64,000 nt of DNA from Candidatus Nomurabacteria bacterium GW2011_GWD2_36_14 (lineage in GTDB: Bacteria; Patescibacteriota; Minisyncoccia; Phycocordibacterales; UBA9973). How positions within the stretch are numbered: the stretch's first letter is position 1; every line of letters starts with the position of its first letter. The DNA is taken from contig LBRL01000001.1 in assembly GCA_000991405.1 (NCBI GenBank), positions 625,841-689,840 on the forward strand. The letters are read 5' to 3'. A program made the translations under genes and the position numbers. The notes beneath the pieces were generated by a model. The model was given only the letters and a program-made list of their open reading frames with translations. It did not search any database and was not told where the DNA came from. Shown in pieces: positions 19,279 through 28,132 of the stretch.

Positions 19279-20901
19279 ATGAAGCAATTATACAATCGTA
19301 ACTTTCCAACTCCTTCATACTTGGCGATGAATTCCTTTGCGATTGATATTTCTGATCAGTCTATAAAATACGGAGAACTACTGGCGACGCCACTGGGTCT
19401 TCGACTTGGGCGTTTCGGTAAAGAGAAGATACCTGCTGGGGTCGTAGTGTCAGGCAAGATTGAAAACGAAGAAAGTCTTGTCGGTATATTAAAAGATTTG
19501 AAAAAGAAAGAGAATCTCAAATTTGTCCGTGTATCGCTTCCTGAAGAGCAGATGTACTTGTTTACACTTTCCTTGCCTAAGGCCAACGACAAAGACTTGC
19601 GAGATATGATTCTACTTCAGATAGAAGAGCACATACCACTGAAGGCGATGGATACTATATTTGAATATGACACTATTTCAACTTCACCTACTAATATCTT
19701 GGTAGAAGTTTCTGCTATTGCCAGCTCGACAGCCGAAGGGTACTTGTCGGCTTTTGATAAGGCAGGGCTATCAGTACTATCCTTTGAACTTGAGGCACAA
19801 GCTATAGCTAGAGCTGTGATACCGACAGATGACAAAGAACCTACAATGATAGTAGACTTCGGAGATACAAGGACAGGAGTTTCTATAGTGCATGATGGCA
19901 AAGTATTCTTCACCACGACGCTTGATATGGGAGGAATTAATCTGACCAACATGATAGCCAAGAACTTCTCTCTATCTTTCGATAAAGCTGAAGAAATGAA
20001 GCGTTCGTATGGACTAGATGGGATTTCAAATATTGAAGACATCTTCCCAGTTATCCTAAATGGAATTTCAGTCTTGAGAGATGAGTTGAACAAGCAGTAC
20101 CAATACTGGAAGAATCACGACAACTACGGCATATCTCATGATGAGATAACCAAGATAATTCTCTGCGGAGGAGACTCGAACCTAACTGGACTATCTGACT
20201 ACTTAGAAGCTAGTATGAAAATAAAAGTAGAGCATGCCAATGCTTGGGTAAATATTTCTGATATGAAGACGTCGGTTCCTAGTATGTCCTTCCAAGAGTC
20301 CTTGGGGTATGCGACAGTCTTGGGGCTTGCTTTGGGAGGGTTCTCTTATGTATCGAATCCTGTTGTCAACGTATTGCCAGAGGATTACAAGATCGCACTA
20401 AAAAAAGAATATTGGAAAAGATTTGTAATTACTGTCCTACTTTTCTGTTCGGCCTTATTTATAATATTTACACTTTTGTTGCTACCATCTTACCTACTAT
20501 CTGCTTCCAAGCAACAAATATCTGAAAGTAAGCTCGTAGAATTCAACGAAATTAACAAAGACATAACCAGCTTTGATATGGATACAACTATCTCTGATAT
20601 TAATACTAAATTAGAAATATTGTCATCGGCAAATGGAGGTCACTCTGTATATGAAGATATCCTCACCGCGATACTTGCTAGTAGACCCAAAGGGGTTACT
20701 TTCAATCAGATAGTATTTAACCAGAAGAAGGACAAAAAATTGTCAGTCGATATCCACGGTAAAGCTCTCGATCGAGCTACACTACGTAACTTCAAAGCAG
20801 TTCTAGATAGTAATCCTAAAATCGCGACGGTGACTCTACCCATATCTGACTTCTTAGAAAAGACGAATTTGAACTTTACCATTTCACTTATCATGAAATA
20901 A
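19279..20901 (+). CDS. pilM: Type IV pilus PilM with fused PilN-like C-terminus
   Basis: AIDISDQSIK, IVDFGDTRT, ILCGGDSNL, VLGLAL actin fold, then VNVLP + TM + periplasmic domain. Confidence 0.85.
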   Translation: MKQLYNRNFPTPSYLAMNSFAIDISDQSIKYGELLATPLGLRLGRFGKEKIPAGVVVSGKIENEESLVGILKDLKKKENLKFVRVSLPEEQMYLFTLSLPKANDKDLRDMILLQIEEHIPLKAMDTIFEYDTISTSPTNILVEVSAIASSTAEGYLSAFDKAGLSVLSFELEAQAIARAVIPTDDKEPTMIVDFGDTRTGVSIVHDGKVFFTTTLDMGGINLTNMIAKNFSLSFDKAEEMKRSYGLDGISNIEDIFPVILNGISVLRDELNKQYQYWKNHDNYGISHDEITKIILCGGDSNLTGLSDYLEASMKIKVEHANAWVNISDMKTSVPSMSFQESLGYATVLGLALGGFSYVSNPVVNVLPEDYKIALKKEYWKRFVITVLLFCSALFIIFTLLLLPSYLLSASKQQISESKLVEFNEINKDITSFDMDTTISDINTKLEILSSANGGHSVYEDILTAILASRPKGVTFNQIVFNQKKDKKLSVDIHGKALDRATLRNFKAVLDSNPKIATVTLPISDFLEKTNLNFTISLIMK

Positions 20902-20910
20902 ATTTAATAT

Positions 20911-21492
20911 ATGAAAAAAAGTAATACAAACTTAATACTTATCATATCCGTCCTGCTCTTTATAATCTCTGTGGGGTTGTTTGTATACATATATAGAGTT
21001 ATCGAAAACAAGAACAGGCATACCTCGGCTGTCATGGCGACTCTCAATAATAAAATAGCAGAGAAAGAAAATATAAATGTTCTAAATAAAAAGATGGCGG
21101 AGCTAGGAGATGTGCAGAAAAGGATAGGAAGCTATCTGGTGGATACTTCGCAGATTGATACATTTGTAGGATATCTAGAGGAGATGGGGGCAGACAACAA
21201 TATAGACTTATCGGTCAAAAGTGTAGAAGTTCCTAAAAATGAAAAGAATAAAATCTCCTTATCTATAGACATAAGAGGAAGCTTTGAAAATATTCTGAAA
21301 GGGATATCCTTGCTAGAAAATGCTCCATACAATATAAGCGTAACATCTTTGTTCTTAAATAAAGATATGACAGAGAATGAATCTGACCAGAACATTTTCT
21401 TAGAGACTACTCCAGCTAAAACGAAAGAAGTCTTTACTCCTGCGAAGTCTGTATGGCAAGCCAACTTATCATTTAATGTGTTAAGTTTATAA
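20911..21492 (+). CDS. PilO-like pilus assembly protein
   Basis: N-terminal TM, coiled coil, RGSFENILKGISLLENAPY; follows pilM. Confidence 0.7.
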   Translation: MKKSNTNLILIISVLLFIISVGLFVYIYRVIENKNRHTSAVMATLNNKIAEKENINVLNKKMAELGDVQKRIGSYLVDTSQIDTFVGYLEEMGADNNIDLSVKSVEVPKNEKNKISLSIDIRGSFENILKGISLLENAPYNISVTSLFLNKDMTENESDQNIFLETTPAKTKEVFTPAKSVWQANLSFNVLSL

Positions 21493-21499
21493 AATCCAT

Positions 21500-21817
21500 A
21501 TGAAAACTTTTTTAACAAAAATTAAAGACATGGGAAAATCTTTCCATAACTTCTGCAAGATTAATCCTTATAAGCAATGGATGACACTTCTGTATACATT
21601 CTTCGTAATAGTATTTATCTGCATTTTGTCCAGTTTTTACCTTCTGTATGAAATAAAAAATGATAAGATCTTTCAAGTGAAAGTGGAGCAGGTAGAGAAA
21701 AAGAGCTTGCTAAAAGAAGATCTTCTAAAAAAGACGATAAACTTGTACGACACGAAGTTCAAGAAAGAAACCGATTTAATAAGCAACCCCCCAGTATTTA
21801 AAGACCCGAGTTTATAG
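21500..21817 (+). CDS. Hypothetical single-TM protein of the pilus cluster
   Basis: TM helix, C-terminal DPS motif, operon position. Confidence 0.65.
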   Translation: MKTFLTKIKDMGKSFHNFCKINPYKQWMTLLYTFFVIVFICILSSFYLLYEIKNDKIFQVKVEQVEKKSLLKEDLLKKTINLYDTKFKKETDLISNPPVFKDPSL

Positions 21818-21887
21818 GAAACTTGAATTTTAATGGAATTATGCTAGTATAAAAGCGTGTAAAGATTTCACGATCGTTGAAGAATAT

Positions 21888-21960
21888 GCGCGCTTAGCTC
21901 AGTTGGTAGAGCAACTCATTTACACTGAGAAGGTCGGGGGTTCAAGTCCCTCAGCGCGCA
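21888..21960 (+). tRNA. tRNA-Val(TAC)
   Basis: GCGCGCT/AGCGCGC acceptor, loop TTTACAC. Confidence 0.95.
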
Positions 21961-21982
21961 CAAAGCTCATAAGGCCCCTTCT

Positions 21983-22054
21983 GCCCCTGTAGTTCAATGG
22001 ATAGAACTGCGGACTTCTAAGCCGTCGATGTAGGTTCGATTCCTGCCAGGGGCA
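21983..22054 (+). tRNA. tRNA-Arg(TCT)
   Basis: GCCCCTG/CAGGGGC acceptor, loop CTTCTAA. Confidence 0.94.
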
Positions 22055-22055
22055 C

Positions 22056-22844
22056 ATGAAATTAAAAATCCTTTTCGAAGACAAGAATATCTTGGTTATA
22101 GACAAACCGGCGGGTATTGCTGTGCATGCAGATGCTCGAACTAAGAAAAATGAAAAAACTATTGCTGATCTAATACTTGATTACGATAAATCTATTGCCA
22201 AAGTAGGGGAGCCTATGACCATAGAGTACAAGGGTGAGGAGATTAAAATAAAACGCCCCGGCATAGTGCATCGTCTAGATAGAGAGACTTCCGGAGTCTT
22301 GCTTGTGGCCAAGAATCAGAAAACATTTCTGTTCCTCAAGGAACAATTCCAGAATCATACTATCGAGAAAGTATATAGAGCATTTGTATATGGGCATGTG
22401 TCAGATCCAAAGGCTTCGCTTGCTACTGGCAAGAAGGGAATTATAGATGTTCCAATAGGACGCTCGCCGATAGATATACGTATGTGGACAGCTGGACGGG
22501 GAGCTCGCCCACCTCTACGAGACGCAGTGACAGGATACAAAGTTCTAGAAAGATTTTCGGATAATGATACAAAGGGTCTTAATCAAGACAATAAATTCTC
22601 GTATATAGAAGCATATCCAAAGACTGGCAGAACTCACCAGATCCGAGTACATATGAGGTACATCAACCACCCTGTCGTTTCAGATCCACTTTATAGAGGT
22701 AATCAAGAACTAGCCCTTGGAATGAAGAGATTGGCTCTGCATTCCTACTCTATAACTTTCCGAATGCCAAATGGTGATAAGAAAACCATAGAGTCTCCAC
22801 TACCAGCCGACTTTACAAAGGTAATAAAAGAGTATTTACAATAA
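22056..22844 (+). CDS. RluA family pseudouridine synthase
   Basis: DKPAG, HRLDRETSG, TGRTHQIRVH. Confidence 0.95.
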   Translation: MKLKILFEDKNILVIDKPAGIAVHADARTKKNEKTIADLILDYDKSIAKVGEPMTIEYKGEEIKIKRPGIVHRLDRETSGVLLVAKNQKTFLFLKEQFQNHTIEKVYRAFVYGHVSDPKASLATGKKGIIDVPIGRSPIDIRMWTAGRGARPPLRDAVTGYKVLERFSDNDTKGLNQDNKFSYIEAYPKTGRTHQIRVHMRYINHPVVSDPLYRGNQELALGMKRLALHSYSITFRMPNGDKKTIESPLPADFTKVIKEYLQ

Positions 22845-23023
22845 TCTTGTCCCCACACCTACTTTTTAATTATTGTGCTTTTGTGACTTTTTCTCTCAAA
22901 ATGGTGTTTCTTATATATAAAAATATACAATATTATCATTAAAGTAATGGCACAATTTAAAAGCCATAAAAAAGTAGGTGTGGGGGCTTGCTCTAAATAG
23001 GTATATATGATAAAGTAGAACCC

Positions 23024-23431
23024 ATGGAAATAACGAAAAAACAATTTACTCCTGTTGAGCAGAACGACCGAAAAAACCTTGATTTTAAGGCTGGTGACAC
23101 TGTCCGCGTCTGGAATAAAATAATGGAAAAAGGAAAAGTTCGTCTTCAGGCTTTTGAAGGACTAGTTCTCTCACGTAAGCATGGTACTGAAAGTGGAGCC
23201 ACATTTACAATACGAAAAGTAGCTAGTGGAGTTGGAGTAGAACGTATCTTTCCTTTATATTCTCCAAATATTGATAAGATTGAAATCCTAAGAAAGTCTA
23301 AAACTCGCCGTAACAAGCTTTACTACATCCGAACAAAGGCGGTTAAGGAAGTGAAGAAGAGATTAAAGAGTATTACAATATCAAGAGAAGACAAGGCAGA
23401 AGATGTTGTAGAAGAAAAATCAGCAGAATAA
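23024..23431 (+). CDS. rplS: 50S ribosomal protein L19
   Basis: FKAGDTVRV, RLQAFEG, GVGVERIFP, KLYYIR. Confidence 0.97.
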   Translation: MEITKKQFTPVEQNDRKNLDFKAGDTVRVWNKIMEKGKVRLQAFEGLVLSRKHGTESGATFTIRKVASGVGVERIFPLYSPNIDKIEILRKSKTRRNKLYYIRTKAVKEVKKRLKSITISREDKAEDVVEEKSAE

Positions 23432-23456
23432 AAACAGCCCTGAGGGCTGTTTTTTT
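23431..23456 (+). terminator. Intrinsic terminator after rplS
   Basis: AACAGCCC-TGA-GGGCTGTT followed by T run. Confidence 0.85.
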
Positions 23457-23508
23457 GATTGAAAAAATCTTAATAATTCGTTATACTCGAGATGTTTGAA
23501 GTATTAAT

Positions 23509-23592
23509 GCACGGGTGGCGAAACTGGTAGACGCACTACCTTGAGGTGGTAGCGCCCGCAAGGGCATGGAAGTTCAAATCTTCTCTCGTGCA
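23509..23592 (+). tRNA. tRNA-Leu(GAG)
   Basis: Stem CTACC/GGTAG, loop TTGAGGT, long variable arm. Confidence 0.95.
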
Positions 23593-23778
23593 CAATAATA
23601 AAAACCTTCTTTCTGAAGGTTTTTATTATTGTGCACGAGAGTGAGACAACTGCTTGTCTCACGTAGAGGAGTTGAAGACCTTGAGCTTGGATTTTGAAAT
23701 GTTAATTTCAAAATACGCGAAAGGTGTACAGAATCTGTAAGATTCAAGAAGCGTACTCGCGGTCATCTCTGTTGCGCA
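23593..23778 (+). ncRNA. tRNA-trailer structured element (Leu copy); function unknown
   Basis: 27 bp inverted repeat overlapping the tRNA 3' end; core homologous to Ser copy; AAGCGTACTCGCGGTC shared with His copy. Confidence 0.7.
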
Positions 23779-23868
23779 AACTAAAAATTATGAGGCAAGA
23801 CTATTTTATAATTTACTTGCTTATCCAAATGCTTCCGTAACTAAAATTAATTGGATAAAATAAAGTTT

Positions 23869-24729
23869 TTATCCAATTTTTAAAAGAACAATACCAACAA
23901 AACTCAAAAATGCGAGTAAGATTTTCTTTTTTGTTAATTTTTCTTTGAAGAAAATTAAACCAAAAATTCCAGCGATAAAAGTATACGCGGGGTGGATTGC
24001 ATAAACTCCCGAAAGTGGACCAAAAGAAAGGGCTTTGAAAATTGCGTAACCGCCCGCGACAGAAAACAAACCTATAAGAACCGAACCTTTCCAGTATTTG
24101 TCTAAATGAGTTATATTTACAAATTTTTCCTTTTCAAAAATGTATGCAATTAAAAGACCAAAAAGTGCGGCACCTAGATATTGCCAGAGCATAAAGTGAG
24201 AAACAGAATCATTAACTGCACCCAACTTCTGAATATATTTTGACGCAGTCGATGAAACTATAATTCCCAGAGAAAGTAAAATAGTTTTTTGATCGAGTGG
24301 GAATGAGCCAGTTTTTCTTGTGAAAAGAAAAACTGAAAGTAAAATAATTGCAATACCAGCTGTCTGTATAATAGAAACATGTTCAGAGAGAACAGTTATG
24401 CCGATTAAAACAGTAACAACACTTCCAATTGATGATGTAACTGGATACGCTGAATTTGTCTCAACATTTTGAAGTAAAATCTTTTGTAAAACCATATTAA
24501 TAGCAAAGAATCCACCCCAAACTATTGCATACCAAGATATGGTTGATAATCCTGATAAATAACTTTGACCAAACAATACAAGAGCTATTAACACAAAAAA
24601 TGCTGAAAAAAGATTTGTCCAAAACGTAGAAAAGAAACTACTATAACCCTTGAATGAGGGCATTTTGTACAAAGACATTGATATACCCAGCAATATTGTT
24701 GAGGCAATTGAATATGAAAGCCAGTTCAT
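23869..24729 (-). CDS. DMT/EamA family transporter
   Basis: About 10 TM helices in two repeats; FFKEKLTKKKIL. Confidence 0.88.
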   Translation of the reverse strand: MNWLSYSIASTILLGISMSLYKMPSFKGYSSFFSTFWTNLFSAFFVLIALVLFGQSYLSGLSTISWYAIVWGGFFAINMVLQKILLQNVETNSAYPVTSSIGSVVTVLIGITVLSEHVSIIQTAGIAIILLSVFLFTRKTGSFPLDQKTILLSLGIIVSSTASKYIQKLGAVNDSVSHFMLWQYLGAALFGLLIAYIFEKEKFVNITHLDKYWKGSVLIGLFSVAGGYAIFKALSFGPLSGVYAIHPAYTFIAGIFGLIFFKEKLTKKKILLAFLSFVGIVLLKIG

Positions 24730-24885
24730 AATATTTACTTTAACATAAATTCGTTTTTCATTCTATTCTTTAGGGAGCAAAATTTATGTGTGAAATGGAG
24801 AGTAGGTTGAGCACAATAATAAGATATGTATCTAGATCTTGCCTCACGATTTTTAAATATCAGCTTTTAATATATAATAGATGAT

Positions 24886-25458
24886 ATGATAACATTTTTA
24901 TTTAGTTTATTTACGTGGATTGCTTTCTTGGTTCTTTTGATAGTATTTTTTTTATTACTTTTATGGATGTGGAGCAGTATAAAAGCAAAAGTTCCATTTA
25001 TAGGAGTTCCTACTAAAACTTTAAAAGATATAGAGAAAGCTCTTAATATAAACGAAGATAGTGTTGTCTACGATTTAGGTTGTGGGGATGGAAGAGTTCT
25101 TTTTTATTTATACAAGAATAATCCTAAGGCTAAATATATAGGAATTGAAAATAGCCAATTCCCCCTCCTTGTTTTCAATGTTAGGAATTGGTTTTTCAAG
25201 AGAAAAAACAAATCGAATATTTCAATCATTGGAAAAGACTTTTTTGATGTAAACTTGTCAGATGCTACTCATATATTTACTTATCTTTACCCAAATGTAA
25301 TGGATGACTTACTTGCAAAGTTTGATAAAGAACTTAAGAGGGGAACTCGCCTTGTATCAGCATCCTTCCACTTTACAACAAAACGTGAAGTAGAAGTCCT
25401 TGATCTAAAAAGAGGTAAATGGGAGCTTGCAAGGGAGATTTATGTGTATGAATTCTAA
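24886..25458 (+). CDS. Membrane-anchored class I SAM methyltransferase
   Basis: VPFI, YDLGCGDGR, GIE, FTYL motifs. Confidence 0.85.
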   Translation: MITFLFSLFTWIAFLVLLIVFFLLLLWMWSSIKAKVPFIGVPTKTLKDIEKALNINEDSVVYDLGCGDGRVLFYLYKNNPKAKYIGIENSQFPLLVFNVRNWFFKRKNKSNISIIGKDFFDVNLSDATHIFTYLYPNVMDDLLAKFDKELKRGTRLVSASFHFTTKREVEVLDLKRGKWELAREIYVYEF

Positions 25459-25523
25459 ATAAGTTAACATTTTCTGAGATTTTATTTTACTAAAACTTCT
25501 CTAAGAGGTATAATAAACCTAGT

Positions 25524-27656
25524 ATGACTACTGGCGAACTAATAGACTACATAAAGTCACAGCTTAATAAAAATATTCCTAAATATTTAATTATTTCTCG
25601 CCTCATAGAAGTTGGGTGGAGGATGGAAGATATAGAGGAAGGCTTTTCAAATATAGAACCCAAAGTAGCTCTGCCAGTTGCAGAACCTATAAAACCAGTA
25701 GAACCACAAGTCTTCGAGCCAGTAATTCAGCCAGTAGAACTTGAAAAACCAACAGTGGAGCCAGTAGTAGAACCTTTAAAGCAAGAAGAGCCCAAAAAGA
25801 TTTGGACTCCTATTGTAGTAGAACCCAAGACCGTAGATGTAAGTAAGCCATCGGCTATAGAACTATACAATCTAGAAATCGAACAAGCAGAAAAGCCAGT
25901 AGTAGAAGTAGCTTCTATGGAAGAAGCACCAAAAACAATTACCCACAAATTTGAAGTATCGAATATAGAGATCCCTAAAGAAGAAGCGCCTGTAGAAGCA
26001 CTTGTAGAAATGCCAGCAGAAGAACTTATACCTACAATCAACAAGGAAGTTAAACCTTCATCGGAATATTTAGACTTACAGAGAGATAGTCAGGCGATAC
26101 TAGATCCATATATTGACAATGCTCCTGTTGTAAAGGCCAACATGTCAGATGTTGTACCTAGGACGGCGATGATATCTTCGTATTCTCAAGATATTTTGTC
26201 TGCAAATACCACAGAAGAAAGCCCAAAGCCTGTAATACAGAAGAAGTCTATTATAAAAATATTGATTGTTATTCTCATCTGTTCGTTCGTTGGAGGAATG
26301 GTCTTTGCTTTTGTAAGTGGTAGCATCAAATTACCTGGATTCAAGAAAAGCTTTTCTATTGTGAAGAAAGATCCTAGAAGTATAATTCTAAATACTCCAA
26401 ACAATATCTCAAAATTAAAATCATATAAAATAGAAAGTGAAGTGACCGTGTCCTCTCCATCGTTTTCAAGTATTACGACAGGACTTGCTAGTGGGGAAGC
26501 CGTTACTTCAAAAGACAAAGAATCCATTGCTATTATCGTTAAAGGAATGGCCAATCATGTAAACAACAAACTAGTCTTTGATAATCTTGTAACACTTAAA
26601 AGTTCTATATTAGAAAATGATATTGTAAGTGATTGGAAGTACGACGGATCTACTTTCTACGTGTCGGTTCCTGACTTAAACTTAGTAATAGGCAAGGATG
26701 CACCTGCCCCTGCCCTAGTACAACTAACTCCAGATCAGCTTGGAACTATGGTGCCACAATTCTCTCCAGAGATTGCAGATATGATAAAGAAAGTAGACAT
26801 ATACAACGTTATGTCGGAAGGAGTGCCCTTATATGTGAGGACGGAAGCCACTTCTATAGTTAAAGAATTTATCAATAGTACAGAGTATACAGGTAAAGGG
26901 AAGGAAGATATCCATGGCGTTAGCACCTACCATTATGAACTGACCGCAGACCGTCCTTCTACTAAAAAGCTTGTGGGCTCCTTGGTAGATCTTCTGACAA
27001 TGAAGTTGCCAGCAGACCAGAGACAGAATCTAGATGAGGCTATCGGGGCCTCTTCTATAACTGCTTTCGAGGTATGGATTGGAGAGAATGATGATAATTT
27101 GTACCAGATCAAATTTACTTTGAACATGCCTCTATCAAGAGTCTTGGGATTAAATGATAGTGGTATAGGAGATAATGAAGTTAAACTAGAATGGAGAACT
27201 ACTTACTTTGACATAGATGTGGAGAACAAGATTGATATGCCGAGTGATGCAATAGATATGAAAACTTTTATAAATAATGTAAAAGATACAAAAATAAAAA
27301 GCATGGCTTCTGCCTTCCTTGCACAAGCGACAGTCTTTAAAAATGCAGTAGGCTCGTATGGATCTAGGTCTAATCCAACAGGAAGTTGTACGAACCCAAA
27401 TCCTAGCTCACTCTTCTCTCCAAAGGGGCATAAAAAGAGTGCCGATACAGCCATTGCTTCTATCTCGGCTTCGATGAACTCACTACTGAGTGATACCAAT
27501 GGACTAGGGTCTTGCTACTCTACTTCTACTGCTTGGGCGATAGCTCTACCTTTGTTCAGCAATCCGGATCCAGCAAATCCAAGTTACTATTGTACTGATA
27601 GCAGTGGCAATACGACTACTCTTACAAACGCTATAACAGGTCCAATCTGTAAATAA
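25524..27656 (+). CDS. Large membrane-anchored protein: Pro/Glu-rich linker, TM, LppX-like domain, pilin-like C-terminus
   Basis: PVEP-rich region, one TM, GKEDIHGVSTYHY, AWAIALPL...YYCTDSSG...C. Confidence 0.65.
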   Translation: MTTGELIDYIKSQLNKNIPKYLIISRLIEVGWRMEDIEEGFSNIEPKVALPVAEPIKPVEPQVFEPVIQPVELEKPTVEPVVEPLKQEEPKKIWTPIVVEPKTVDVSKPSAIELYNLEIEQAEKPVVEVASMEEAPKTITHKFEVSNIEIPKEEAPVEALVEMPAEELIPTINKEVKPSSEYLDLQRDSQAILDPYIDNAPVVKANMSDVVPRTAMISSYSQDILSANTTEESPKPVIQKKSIIKILIVILICSFVGGMVFAFVSGSIKLPGFKKSFSIVKKDPRSIILNTPNNISKLKSYKIESEVTVSSPSFSSITTGLASGEAVTSKDKESIAIIVKGMANHVNNKLVFDNLVTLKSSILENDIVSDWKYDGSTFYVSVPDLNLVIGKDAPAPALVQLTPDQLGTMVPQFSPEIADMIKKVDIYNVMSEGVPLYVRTEATSIVKEFINSTEYTGKGKEDIHGVSTYHYELTADRPSTKKLVGSLVDLLTMKLPADQRQNLDEAIGASSITAFEVWIGENDDNLYQIKFTLNMPLSRVLGLNDSGIGDNEVKLEWRTTYFDIDVENKIDMPSDAIDMKTFINNVKDTKIKSMASAFLAQATVFKNAVGSYGSRSNPTGSCTNPNPSSLFSPKGHKKSADTAIASISASMNSLLSDTNGLGSCYSTSTAWAIALPLFSNPDPANPSYYCTDSSGNTTTLTNAITGPICK

Positions 27657-27772
27657 CATAAATAATCTCCACATTCACCTCCCGCCTAGATTTTTTAGGC
27701 ATTTTCTGGTATAACTGGGTAGTTACCACAGTATTTCATGGTGGTAAATAATAGTGTTTGTGTATATGACAT

Positions 27773-27848
27773 GGTGCCTATAGTGTAATGGTTAGCACTA
27801 GAGTTTGTGGAACTCTCAGTCTGGGTTCAAATCCCAGTAGGCACCCCA
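27773..27848 (+). tRNA. tRNA-His(GTG)
   Basis: G-1, GTGCCTA/TAGGCAC acceptor, loop TTGTGGA, encoded CCA. Confidence 0.95.
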
Positions 27849-28090
27849 AAAATAAAGAAGTAAATATATTAATATTTACGGATTATATTTTGGCGTGCCT
27901 ACTGGGATTTGTAAACCGCAGGCGGTATACAAGCAAGTTACTACTTGGCTTGTCGCCGAGGTGGGGTCGAGAGTACTTAGTCTACGGAAGGTGTAATCAT
28001 CTGAGTAGACTTAGTAACTCGTGACAATTCCCAGTAGTGTTATATTATGTAATAGTCAAAAAGCGTACTCGCGGTCCCAGTAGTACCCCG
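27849..28090 (+). ncRNA. tRNA-trailer structured element (His copy); function unknown
   Basis: 17 nt perfect antisense of the tRNA 3' end at 27895-27911; direct TCCCAGTAG copies at 28029 and 28075; 16-mer shared with Leu copy. Confidence 0.65.
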
Positions 28091-28132
28091 TATTTAGTGT
28101 TCTCGTTTAGACATGTTATACTTTTATAATCT

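Noticed and set aside
23593-23778. tRNA-trailer elements as introns, tmRNA or extra tRNAs
   Set aside because: The adjacent tRNAs are complete; no group I/II core, tag reading frame or second cloverleaf is visible.
27788-28024. 78 aa ORF; also 21920..22105 and 46031..46240
   Set aside because: They overlap tRNAs, the trailer element or the riboswitch, which explain the sequence better.
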